Shown one piece after another: positions 9,751 to 19,520 of a DNA stretch of 64,000 nucleotides (positions are counted from its first letter, which is position 1; each line of letters begins with the position of its first letter). This stretch comes from a virus. Made by a program: the position numbers and the translations under genes. The notes below the pieces were generated by a model. It made no database searches. It had not been told where the DNA came from and was given only the letters and a program-made list of their open reading frames with translations. The DNA lies in IMG/VR virus record IMGVR_UViG_3300030329_003334, positions 1 to 64,000 of that record. One strand, given 5' to 3'.

Positions 9751-12700
9751 ATGGCTAAACAACAAGAACAGCAATCTGTTCCGCAATCTTCTATAAAGAG
9801 TGTAGATATAGAGCAGCCTATGAAAGGTATGGTTCAGGATATGAGTCCTCAAGCTCAACCTAATGGTACTTATAGATTTGCTTTAAATGCAGTTAATAAT
9901 ACTGAAGAAGGACAACAAGGATATTTAAGTAATGAGGAAGGTAACTTTCCTTGTTTAAATATATCTAATACTAATATTATTGATGCAAATGGTAATCTTA
10001 TAGATGCAGGAGGTAAGTGGAATGTAATAGGAAATGTTTATATAGGAAATGATACAGTATTATTATTTGCAGTTTTAAATAATGCTACAGGTTATCAAGG
10101 TCCAACTCTTTCTCGTTTGTATGAATTTAATACGAGTACATGTGAGACTAAAATTTTATTAACTTCTGATTGTTTAGCTTTTGATATTGCTTATCAAATA
10201 CAAGCTGTATATAGAATAAGAAAAGGATGTGAAAGAAATATTTATTTTACAGATAATTTAAATGAAGCTAGACAAATAAATATAGATTCATTAGAAAATT
10301 ATCTAGCTGCTGGAGCAGCTTATGATCGAGATAATCAAGATTTTTTGAAAATAGATATATGGGATTGCCGAAACTTTAGATTGTTTCCTCTTGTACAAGT
10401 ACCTGATATTGATTATGTGGCTACAGATGATTCTGGTGGTATTAGACAACAGCCTGGAGTATATCAAATATGTATTAGATATTTAGATGAGGATTTAAAT
10501 CCTAGTAGATTTTTTGATATAACTAATCCTATACCTTTATATAGAGATAGTACTGAGGATGCTCAAACTCTGTTTAATGATATTGAAGGAACAGCTAGTG
10601 GCGGTGATTTGAATACAAAATCTATAAGATATACATTTAGTAATTTAGATACTTCTTATACGTGGGTTGAAGTAGCTGTTATTCCTAGTACTCAAGGTAC
10701 TGGAGATAATAATGGATTTGCTTATTTAGTAGATTCTATTCCTATATTAGGAAATTCAAGTTTAGATTATAGATTTAGAGGAATAGATCCTGATAATGCT
10801 ACAGAAATAACTTTAGATGAAATATTAATTCCTACAATAGGCTATGATAAAGCTAAAACTATAGCACAAATAGATAATAGATTAGTACTTGGAAATGTAA
10901 CTTCTAGTTTTGTAGATCATGCTCTATTTCAAAGAGAAGCTTTAAAAATTACTTCTGAATATATAACAAATACAGTTCCAGCAGATAGTAAAACTCAGAC
11001 ACCTAAAGGAGGAGATTATTATTTTAATGGAAGATCTTATATGAGAGATGAGGTTTATTCTTTTGGTATTGTTTGGGTATTTAGAGACGGTTCTGAAAGT
11101 CCTGCATATCATATACCTGGAAGAGGGTTAAATCAAGATCGTTTTGGTAATTTTATGCCTGCGCAAGATACAAATAATCCTATGTCTCCGTGGTATAATG
11201 CAGCTTTAGGAGCTCAGCATAATAGAGAATTATGCGGGAATGCTATAGCTGGAACTACAGGTAATTGGGATACGGCTAAATATCCTGCAGATATACATAA
11301 TATGGATCATATAACTGCTGAAGATCCGACAACATGGCAGAATCCAAACGTACCTGAATATGCTAGATGGAAAATATATAATACAGCAAAACGTACTACA
11401 ACATATACTACTAATGGTGGTGATACATTTCATACAAAAGGAGAAATGGCTGGGTGGGAATCGGAAGATTTTGTTTATCCTGATTTAAGGGATTGTGATG
11501 GTAATCCTATATATAGAATACTTGATAACGCTGGTAATGTATTGGAAGATCTTACAGGTCAACCTATTAGACATCATAAAATGCCTGATACAACATTAGA
11601 GCCTCATTTTTATGGTACAAATAATGCTACTAGTGGGGATCCTAATATTTTTCCAAATACTGCTGCTTCTGGTACTAGTACTGTATTTAGACAAGCTGAA
11701 CAAATTTCTATATTAGGAGTTGAATTTAATAATATTATGGCACCTCCAGGAAATGCTCCTGATGGTGATCCATGGGTAAGTAAAATACAAGGTTGGAAAA
11801 TTGTTAAACAAGAAAGAACAGATTTTAATAAAAGTATAATAGATAAAGGAATTGTATATTATAATTATCAAGCTAGGACTTATTCTCACGGAGGTACTGT
11901 TGGAGGTGCTCCTGACGAATACTGTAATCAAACTGATATAGGCGGAGCTCAAAGTGATGTAGCATGTCATTTTTGGTTTCAAGGAAATCATTATAATAAA
12001 CATATTGGGTTATTTAGATCTAATGATACTTGGGCTCCTACTTATACAGGAGGACAAGTAGATAGAAATCCTTATGAATTTTCTAGTTGGCCTAATTGGT
12101 ATTATTTTGATGGGGGTTTTAAACCTTCGTTATTAGTACCTTCAGGGTGTAATTCAGTTGGTGCTGAAAATCTAAACGCAAATTCTTGCGATCATGGTAC
12201 AGATTGTGGTAGATGTGAAACTACAAGTAGTTCTTGTGTGCCTTATGCGAATATAGAGTGGGGAGGAGCAGGCTGGAATGGCGGTCAGAGCTCAGGTTGG
12301 AATGATTGGGCAAGTTGGCCTTTTCATAATAGTAATACTTTAACTATAGGAGATCCTGATACCGAGCAGGATATTAACCTTGGCGGAACTGGTTCTGCTG
12401 GAACAGATACAAGACAACGTTTACGAGGATCATTTACTAATAATCTATCTTATCATGGGGCTATTACAAAATTTTTAGATGCCGAACCTGTACCTTCTCA
12501 TATAAAAGTAGAACTTACATTAGAAGGTATATTATTACCAGCTCGAAAAAGTTGTTTTGAGGCTAATCATATGACAGGCTGCGATCCTAATCCTGGATGG
12601 CCTATCGGACAAGTACCTGAAGGAAGTTGGTTAGCTAGTGTATGTAAATATTCTAAAAGTACTGCTCCTTATTATAATATAACTAATGGAGTTAATAATG

Positions 12701-15216
12701 TATATGGTGGTCATTTTACTTGGCCTAATCATAATTTTCCTTTAGCTAATAGGAGTGTACTTAATTTCTTCAAAGTACAATGTCAAGAAAGGGTAGAAGG
12801 TGGTTTAAGTGATTTTGGTCAAGGAACATCTATTACTGATTTTGATAATTGTAAACAAGGCGATGCGTTTGTTATAGAATTAAACGGAAGTACTAATTGG
12901 AACGATAGTGCTAATCAGGGTTTTGGTATGCCTATACCAGGATTTAATACAGGTTTTAATCCTATTAGAGATGATAATAGTAATGTGGGAGAATGTAGCG
13001 GTTCAGATCATAATCCTACTAATGCTGCTAATATTACTAATAATATGAATTCTAATAATGTTTATAGTACATGTCATTATGTAGCATTAAAACAAAATAA
13101 TCCTGCTCAATATGGGAATATATTAGCTGCTACTTATATACCTTCGTCTAATAATATAACTAGAGTTAATGATACACTTCCTAGAACGATAATTGATACT
13201 AATGGAGATTCTTTTATAAGTAGATTAGCTTTTAGAAAACATGTACATACTAAAAAATGTGGCGGAAGTGGTAGAAATATATTCGGACAAAGTCAAAGAG
13301 CTTCACAAGTAGCATATTTAGTAACTAGACAAACTCCATATTTTTGGGTAGAGACTGATATAAATACAGATTTAAGAAATGGAGAAAATTCTACTGAAGG
13401 GCGGTGGTATCCTTATAACTTTGAAGGCGGAAATGCTTCTAATATAAATAATAATTGGCATGATAAAGAAGGAATTAGAAATATTACTGCTGATACTCCT
13501 GGTATTAAAGAACAATTAGGGTGGGATGGTATTGATCATAAGAGTGTATATGGATTTCCAGGAACCTATCCTGTAATGTGTGAGCAATATAATTATAATA
13601 GAGACTATAGTAAGACAAATAATGAACAAAAGTATTTTGCTATTCCTTTAGGTTTTGATTATTGTTCTGATTGTTATACTAAGTTTCCACATAGATTAGT
13701 ATATTCTCAACAATCTTTTCAAGAAGAAGCGGCAGATCATTATAGAGTATTTAGATCTGAAAATTATAAAGATGTACCTGGACATAGAGGAGATGTTTGG
13801 AATTTATTCGTAATGAATAATATACTATATTGCCAAACTGAAGAAGGATTATGGAAATTATTTACCTCTCAACAAACATTACAGACTCAAGGTGGAGAAG
13901 ATGTTGAATTAGGTACGGGAGAATTTTTATCTCAACCTCCTAGAGAATTAGTAGAATCTTCTACTGGATTTGCTGGTTGTCAATCTCAATGGGCTACTTT
14001 AACTACAGATAAAGGGGCTTTATTTGTAGACGCTTTAGATGCTAAAGTATTTTTATTAGCAGATAAAGTAACCGAGATATCTAAGATAGGAATGTATAAT
14101 TGGTTTGAAGAAAATGGAAGTTTACAATTAAAAGAATGGTTTAAAAATATATATGGATATGAATTTCCTCATTTAGATAATCCCGCTAATCCTATAGGTG
14201 TAGGTTATATTACATCTTATGATGCTAATAATCAAAGATATATAGTTACTAAAAAAGATTATATACCTAAAGCAGGTGTGCAATGGATAAACGAAGATAC
14301 AGATCCTAATATTAATTATGCTCCAGAGTGGGCTCCTTTAGGTATGTGGTCTAAGAATGCTACTCCTGATAGTTCAACTAATTGGGGTGGTTGGATCCAA
14401 CCTAATTGGGAAACAGAATTTTTTGATGAAGTATCATTTACAATTAGTTATTCTATATTAACTGATTCTTGGACATCATTTCATTCTTATTTACCTAATT
14501 ATTATATAGCAGGTAAAGATACATTTATATCAGGTATCAATCATTATGATCCTTTCTCAGGTCCTGGAACTGGTTATACTGGCGCTTATCAACAAGGATA
14601 TAAACATGGATTAAGAAGTATAAAAGATAATTATCAAATGTATTATGGACCTACATATCCATTTATAGTAGATGTTATATCTGTAACTAGTCCTTTAATG
14701 ACTGAAATATATGATAATTATCATTTATATACTAAAGTAAAAGAATATAATGTTGCAACAAAGCAATGGATAGATCGGAGATCTATAACATTTGATCAAG
14801 TCATGTTATATAATGATTATCAGGCTACTAACTTACTAACATTTACTAATAAAATAGCTAATCCTACTAATATGTTAAGTTCTATATCTACTCCTCCAGG
14901 TACAATAATATTAGATAAAAAAGAAAGAACCTGGAGTTTTAATGGATTTAGAGATGAGGTAGTTGATAGAAATACACCTATTTTTTCATCTGCTTTAGTA
15001 GATATATTAAATGATCCTAATTTTAATTATTATATTGATAAAGTTCCTAATCCTATAGCTTTTGCAGGTACAAGAAATTGGAATGAATCTCAAAGATTTA
15101 GGGATAAATATTTGGGTATTCGGTTATTTTTTAGTAACTTAGCAGGAAGTGGAAGTTCTGTTCCACGTCTAACATTTAATTATTTACAATCAGGCTCTAC
15201 AAAGTCTATTAGATAA
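9751..15216 (+). CDS. Muzzle / tail stabilization protein
   Basis: 1821 aa; KGMVQD..YRFALNAV, IYFTDN, NRLVLGN, SYMRDEVYSFGIV, WTSFHSYLP, RFRDKY. Confidence 0.85.
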   Translation: MAKQQEQQSVPQSSIKSVDIEQPMKGMVQDMSPQAQPNGTYRFALNAVNNTEEGQQGYLSNEEGNFPCLNISNTNIIDANGNLIDAGGKWNVIGNVYIGNDTVLLFAVLNNATGYQGPTLSRLYEFNTSTCETKILLTSDCLAFDIAYQIQAVYRIRKGCERNIYFTDNLNEARQINIDSLENYLAAGAAYDRDNQDFLKIDIWDCRNFRLFPLVQVPDIDYVATDDSGGIRQQPGVYQICIRYLDEDLNPSRFFDITNPIPLYRDSTEDAQTLFNDIEGTASGGDLNTKSIRYTFSNLDTSYTWVEVAVIPSTQGTGDNNGFAYLVDSIPILGNSSLDYRFRGIDPDNATEITLDEILIPTIGYDKAKTIAQIDNRLVLGNVTSSFVDHALFQREALKITSEYITNTVPADSKTQTPKGGDYYFNGRSYMRDEVYSFGIVWVFRDGSESPAYHIPGRGLNQDRFGNFMPAQDTNNPMSPWYNAALGAQHNRELCGNAIAGTTGNWDTAKYPADIHNMDHITAEDPTTWQNPNVPEYARWKIYNTAKRTTTYTTNGGDTFHTKGEMAGWESEDFVYPDLRDCDGNPIYRILDNAGNVLEDLTGQPIRHHKMPDTTLEPHFYGTNNATSGDPNIFPNTAASGTSTVFRQAEQISILGVEFNNIMAPPGNAPDGDPWVSKIQGWKIVKQERTDFNKSIIDKGIVYYNYQARTYSHGGTVGGAPDEYCNQTDIGGAQSDVACHFWFQGNHYNKHIGLFRSNDTWAPTYTGGQVDRNPYEFSSWPNWYYFDGGFKPSLLVPSGCNSVGAENLNANSCDHGTDCGRCETTSSSCVPYANIEWGGAGWNGGQSSGWNDWASWPFHNSNTLTIGDPDTEQDINLGGTGSAGTDTRQRLRGSFTNNLSYHGAITKFLDAEPVPSHIKVELTLEGILLPARKSCFEANHMTGCDPNPGWPIGQVPEGSWLASVCKYSKSTAPYYNITNGVNNVYGGHFTWPNHNFPLANRSVLNFFKVQCQERVEGGLSDFGQGTSITDFDNCKQGDAFVIELNGSTNWNDSANQGFGMPIPGFNTGFNPIRDDNSNVGECSGSDHNPTNAANITNNMNSNNVYSTCHYVALKQNNPAQYGNILAATYIPSSNNITRVNDTLPRTIIDTNGDSFISRLAFRKHVHTKKCGGSGRNIFGQSQRASQVAYLVTRQTPYFWVETDINTDLRNGENSTEGRWYPYNFEGGNASNINNNWHDKEGIRNITADTPGIKEQLGWDGIDHKSVYGFPGTYPVMCEQYNYNRDYSKTNNEQKYFAIPLGFDYCSDCYTKFPHRLVYSQQSFQEEAADHYRVFRSENYKDVPGHRGDVWNLFVMNNILYCQTEEGLWKLFTSQQTLQTQGGEDVELGTGEFLSQPPRELVESSTGFAGCQSQWATLTTDKGALFVDALDAKVFLLADKVTEISKIGMYNWFEENGSLQLKEWFKNIYGYEFPHLDNPANPIGVGYITSYDANNQRYIVTKKDYIPKAGVQWINEDTDPNINYAPEWAPLGMWSKNATPDSSTNWGGWIQPNWETEFFDEVSFTISYSILTDSWTSFHSYLPNYYIAGKDTFISGINHYDPFSGPGTGYTGAYQQGYKHGLRSIKDNYQMYYGPTYPFIVDVISVTSPLMTEIYDNYHLYTKVKEYNVATKQWIDRRSITFDQVMLYNDYQATNLLTFTNKIANPTNMLSSISTPPGTIILDKKERTWSFNGFRDEVVDRNTPIFSSALVDILNDPNFNYYIDKVPNPIAFAGTRNWNESQRFRDKYLGIRLFFSNLAGSGSSVPRLTFNYLQSGSTKSIR
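15111..15142 (+). promoter_or_regulatory. Possible internal promoter for cargo genes
   Basis: TTTG-N20-TAACTTAG within the muzzle 3' end; one mismatch. Confidence 0.4.
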
Positions 15217-15234
15217 TATTATAAAATCATAATT

Positions 15235-16881
15235 ATGAAAAGAAAAAATAAAAAGAAGCCTGATTATAGAAATATTGCACGTAATTTATATAATCAGAAA
15301 TATAATAAACCTTCTTATGATACAGGGGAAATAGTTCAACAAAATTTTGATGTTGATGAAATGACAGATTATTCAACTTATAGAGGTAATATCGGAAAAG
15401 GAGATCCATGTTTTGGATTATCTGATGAAGAATGTAGATTACTTATGGAACAGAATACTCAGCAGATTAAAGATATTGCTAGTAACGTTCCTGTTGTTGG
15501 TCAATTTGCAGCTCTTGGAGAAGGAATTGAAAGTGCTGCATATAGTGTAGATGAAGAATTTGGAGAACATATAGAGGCAGGTGTTACTAATCCAGCTGAA
15601 GCTGCTTATAAGAATTTTAAAGAAGGAGAATCAGGTAAGGCTTGGGCTAATGTAGCGGGGCTAGGATTATTTACAGGACGTGGAGGAACTCATGTACCTG
15701 GTAGAATGCGTTCTTATGATGAAGGAGCTGGTATACCACAACATACTCATCCTCATGTACTTACCCCACAAGAGCCACAACAAATGATGCAAGGGCCGCG
15801 ATCTCAATCATTGTATGATAAATATAGATCTGCAGGAGTACAGATACCAGTTGGATATACGGATTCTCCTGATGAGCAGATACGAATGTTATATGGACCA
15901 AAGTATGAACAGATTATTTCTGGTCAACAGGGGAGTACACAGAATATTGTAACTCCACCACCCACCCCACCAACATTAGAAAGTTTAATGGGAATGCCGA
16001 CTGATACAACGACAACTATGTATCCTGAGTTGGGATCTATGAGAAGAGGAACTAGAGTAAGATCTATGTATAATAAAGGTGATAAGGTTATGCCATACGA
16101 TCCTACAAAAACTGGATTCTCTGAAGAAGATATGCAAAAACATATTGAACAAGGAACTGCAATTACTACTAGGGGTGAGTTAATTAATTTATCAGATTTA
16201 GGTATAGCTAATTGGCAACAAATGCCTACAGACGAATTGAAAGCCTTAATAACTAATATAAGAATAGGTGCAGGAGGTCCTAAACCAACACAACCGCAAT
16301 TTGATATGATGTCTCCAGAAGAAAAAGAACTTTGGCAAACTCGATATGGAGATTATAAAATTCATGAGGATCAACCTACTAGAGAGGAAATGATGATGAT
16401 GCAAGGAGGACCTAGTTATGCATATGGAGATAGATTAGAGACAGCACAACGACAGGCTAAACAACAAATGTATTATGGACCTAGAGCTCCTAAAATTCCT
16501 GACAATCTTTATTCAGGTATGTACGGAACTAAAGTTCCAGGTTATAGAGCAGGAGATGTTGTGGGAAAGGCTGTGGGTGTAAATAAGGATATTGATCCTT
16601 CTCTCGAAGGTTTACACCCCGATGAACTAACATTAATTAATAGAGAGAGGGGAGAAATTGTAGAAAGACAATTACCTGGTTTAAATCAAGGAGATCCTGG
16701 TAATTATTTTGTGTATGGAGGAAAACTTCATTCTGATACTAGATCAGGTATGCCTAATGGAGGTGATAATGAAATAGAACAAATAGGTGCGTTTATAACT
16801 CCTAGAAAATATTCTGATAAAATGAAAAATATAGTTATAAATAGAAAAGAAAATCAAGATATACTAGAACAATTTGCTTAA
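15235..16881 (+). CDS. Putative virion cargo protein (possibly N-terminal half of a split gene)
   Basis: Low complexity, repeated YxxG(D/E)xV motifs, ERGE...G.LH...GG segment; between muzzle and ejection genes. Confidence 0.6.
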   Translation: MKRKNKKKPDYRNIARNLYNQKYNKPSYDTGEIVQQNFDVDEMTDYSTYRGNIGKGDPCFGLSDEECRLLMEQNTQQIKDIASNVPVVGQFAALGEGIESAAYSVDEEFGEHIEAGVTNPAEAAYKNFKEGESGKAWANVAGLGLFTGRGGTHVPGRMRSYDEGAGIPQHTHPHVLTPQEPQQMMQGPRSQSLYDKYRSAGVQIPVGYTDSPDEQIRMLYGPKYEQIISGQQGSTQNIVTPPPTPPTLESLMGMPTDTTTTMYPELGSMRRGTRVRSMYNKGDKVMPYDPTKTGFSEEDMQKHIEQGTAITTRGELINLSDLGIANWQQMPTDELKALITNIRIGAGGPKPTQPQFDMMSPEEKELWQTRYGDYKIHEDQPTREEMMMMQGGPSYAYGDRLETAQRQAKQQMYYGPRAPKIPDNLYSGMYGTKVPGYRAGDVVGKAVGVNKDIDPSLEGLHPDELTLINRERGEIVERQLPGLNQGDPGNYFVYGGKLHSDTRSGMPNGGDNEIEQIGAFITPRKYSDKMKNIVINRKENQDILEQFA

Positions 16882-16882
16882 T

Positions 16883-19498
16883 ATGGGAATTACTAAAAGA
16901 AAAAATATAAAAGATGTTCCTTATGACTTATTTAATAAGAATACAGCTGAACGTAATTTAACTAAATTAGAGGTAGAAGAAGATAATCTTAAGGCTACAA
17001 TTCATGATGAAAGAATAAATTCTGAAATAGAAGACTTAGCTGAAATTATAGAGATTACCCAAACTGGTAGAAATATAACAGAGAGAAAAGATGGTTCTTT
17101 ATCTTATCGGAAAGGGGGTAAAACTAAAACTGTATCTGATTTACAGAAAAGTTATTTAATGGATACATATTACGATCCGACTTATGCAGTAGGAGATATT
17201 GTTGAAGGCGATGATAAGTCTGGTATTTTTTCAAATATAAAATCGTCTATTAAAGGAACAACAGATCAATATAAATCAAGTTTAGATTCTTATATAACAG
17301 AAGGTAAAGATATATACTCTACATCTTTTGGAGGCGAAAAAAATATTTCAGTAGATGAACAAGGTAATCCAATAATTAATGAAGAAGAACAAATTATCGA
17401 AGGAGAAGAAAAAGAAGAAGTTGAAGATGCTGAAGTAGGTACTGGAGGTGGTAAAAATATAGGAGATTGGTTAGAGAAAGGAGTAAAATGGGTAGATGAT
17501 AAAATCTTTGGAGATACTAAAATTGGTAATGTAATTGAAGAAGGTGTTGGAGCAACAGGTAATATTGTACAAGGTGTTGTTACATTAGACCCAACTGCTC
17601 TAGTTGCAGGAGCTGAAGATGTAGTTGGTATGGGTGCTGATATAACAGCATTAGCTACAAAGGATGGTGAGAATACTGATCTTGAAAATTGGTTAAGAAC
17701 AGGAGAGTCTGGTGTACATACTGTTTCTGATTTTATGCAAGGTGATATAAAAGGAGGTATAGAGTCAGGTGTAGGTACTGCACAACAATTTTCAAAGGCT
17801 GCTGGTAATGAAGAGTTAGCTAGAACTATTGATCAAGGTTATGGTATGTATGAAAATATAAGTTCTTTAATACCTTCTACTGATCCAACTGATGATGTAT
17901 TGGATGACGAGACAACAGATCTTTTTTCAATGGCTAAAAGAGGAGGAAATGTTTATGATAATGGAGATGTAGTAGCTGATCCTTGGCGTTCTGCTTTAGA
18001 GTCTAAATTTGCAGGGGATGTGCCTTCAACTTTATTAGATTTTGATTGGCAGTCTCAAATTAAGCCTAAACCAGATGGTACATATCCATCTGAATTAATA
18101 GATGAGTTGGCTAGTGCCGCATATAGAAATCCAAATAAACCTCATTTAATTAGACTATCTTCTACTCCTGCAGAATATACAGGATATGAACTTCAAACAT
18201 CTAATAGTCAAGCAAAGAGAGTTCGTAAAGAATTAAGAAAGAAATTTCCAAATTTATCTAGAACGCAAGCTAGAAAGTTTCAGAAATTTTTATATGAAAG
18301 TGGATTAACTCCAGATACTATTACTAGTAAATCTGAAGGAGAGAATGAAAAAGAAACTGCTGCTAGCTATAGTAATTATGTAGATGATGATTTATATAAT
18401 ACATTTATTTCTAGTGGATTAATTAGAGGAAAGAATCTTAAGAAAGGAAAGAAAGGAAAGAAAGGAGGTAATGATAAATCAAGTTTATTTGAAGAAATAA
18501 AAAAAGGAACTAAAGGAGATAAAATAGGATTAACAGGAGTTTTAGCGGGGAATCTTGCTAATTTAGCTATAGCAAAAGCTAGTAGAGATGCTGATTTACC
18601 TATGAAGAACGTCTATGAAGGAGTGATGGATGAAGCTGTTAATATGAGAAAAAGAGATATAGGCAGACTAGAAGGACTTAAAGGACAAGCCGCAGCAGAT
18701 GTTCGTACAAGATTTGGTAGAACACCTGACACTGCAATGAGCTATCAACAACGTAGAGTTAGAGAATTACAAAGAGAACGTGCAATTGATAAAGCAGTAA
18801 GACAATCTAATTTAGGATATGATCAAACTATAGAAGGGCAAAAAAGTCAATTAGCTCAAATGATTGGACAAGGAAGTCAATTAGAAAGAGCAGGTGAAGC
18901 ACAAGCAAGACAAATAGAACAAGCGAATAGAGATGCTTATTTCTCTGCATTATCTGAAAGTGCTGCAGGAATATCTACAGGACTACAAAAGGTAGGACAA
19001 GATATGAATCTTAATAGATTAAATCAAACAGCTTTACAAGCATTACAAACTGGAAACTTTAAAGTCGTAGTAGGGCCTGATGGTGAACAACTTATATATG
19101 ATCCTGCAACTGGTACTTATACACCTTTAGTTAAGAAAACTAATAATAATAATAACAAAGAAGTAGTAAGTGAAGAAGAAGCAGCAGCAGTAGTACCTAC
19201 AAATGTGGCTGAAAATGAAGTTCAGCAAACAGAAGAAAATATTATAGAAGCCCAGGATATAGGATCTTTTGGGGCTTTAACTGATATTCCAGAAGAATAT
19301 GCACATAATGTAGCTACTATAGCAAATAAAACTTATTATAAAAGAGGAGGTGATTGGGTAGAAATTGGCGATGTAACAGATGTAACAGATGAAGAATGGA
19401 ATAATATGACTGTTTTTGAACAAGGCGCTATTCCAGAAGTACGTAAAAAAGGAGGCCGAATTAGAAAAAGAAAACGTAGAATGAACCTGAAATGGTAA
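16883..19498 (+). CDS. Putative virion cargo/ejection protein
   Basis: ATG 1 nt after previous stop (ORF track starts at TTG 16874); Gly-rich amphipathic helices, coiled coil, KxGG motifs. Confidence 0.6.
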   Translation: MGITKRKNIKDVPYDLFNKNTAERNLTKLEVEEDNLKATIHDERINSEIEDLAEIIEITQTGRNITERKDGSLSYRKGGKTKTVSDLQKSYLMDTYYDPTYAVGDIVEGDDKSGIFSNIKSSIKGTTDQYKSSLDSYITEGKDIYSTSFGGEKNISVDEQGNPIINEEEQIIEGEEKEEVEDAEVGTGGGKNIGDWLEKGVKWVDDKIFGDTKIGNVIEEGVGATGNIVQGVVTLDPTALVAGAEDVVGMGADITALATKDGENTDLENWLRTGESGVHTVSDFMQGDIKGGIESGVGTAQQFSKAAGNEELARTIDQGYGMYENISSLIPSTDPTDDVLDDETTDLFSMAKRGGNVYDNGDVVADPWRSALESKFAGDVPSTLLDFDWQSQIKPKPDGTYPSELIDELASAAYRNPNKPHLIRLSSTPAEYTGYELQTSNSQAKRVRKELRKKFPNLSRTQARKFQKFLYESGLTPDTITSKSEGENEKETAASYSNYVDDDLYNTFISSGLIRGKNLKKGKKGKKGGNDKSSLFEEIKKGTKGDKIGLTGVLAGNLANLAIAKASRDADLPMKNVYEGVMDEAVNMRKRDIGRLEGLKGQAAADVRTRFGRTPDTAMSYQQRRVRELQRERAIDKAVRQSNLGYDQTIEGQKSQLAQMIGQGSQLERAGEAQARQIEQANRDAYFSALSESAAGISTGLQKVGQDMNLNRLNQTALQALQTGNFKVVVGPDGEQLIYDPATGTYTPLVKKTNNNNNKEVVSEEEAAAVVPTNVAENEVQQTEENIIEAQDIGSFGALTDIPEEYAHNVATIANKTYYKRGGDWVEIGDVTDVTDEEWNNMTVFEQGAIPEVRKKGGRIRKRKRRMNLKW

Positions 19499-19516
19499 TT
19501 TAATTTAATATATTTG
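19486..19516 (+). promoter_or_regulatory. Bacteroidota sigma70 promoter for the ejection/RNAP operon
   Basis: TATATTTG at 19509-19516 in a 22-nt gap; weak -33 (CCTG). Confidence 0.6.
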
Positions 19517-19520
19517 CAAA

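Noticed and set aside
18440-18468. (AAGAAAGGA)3 microsatellite as a phase-variation site
   Set aside because: The 9-nt unit keeps frame and encodes a KKG linker
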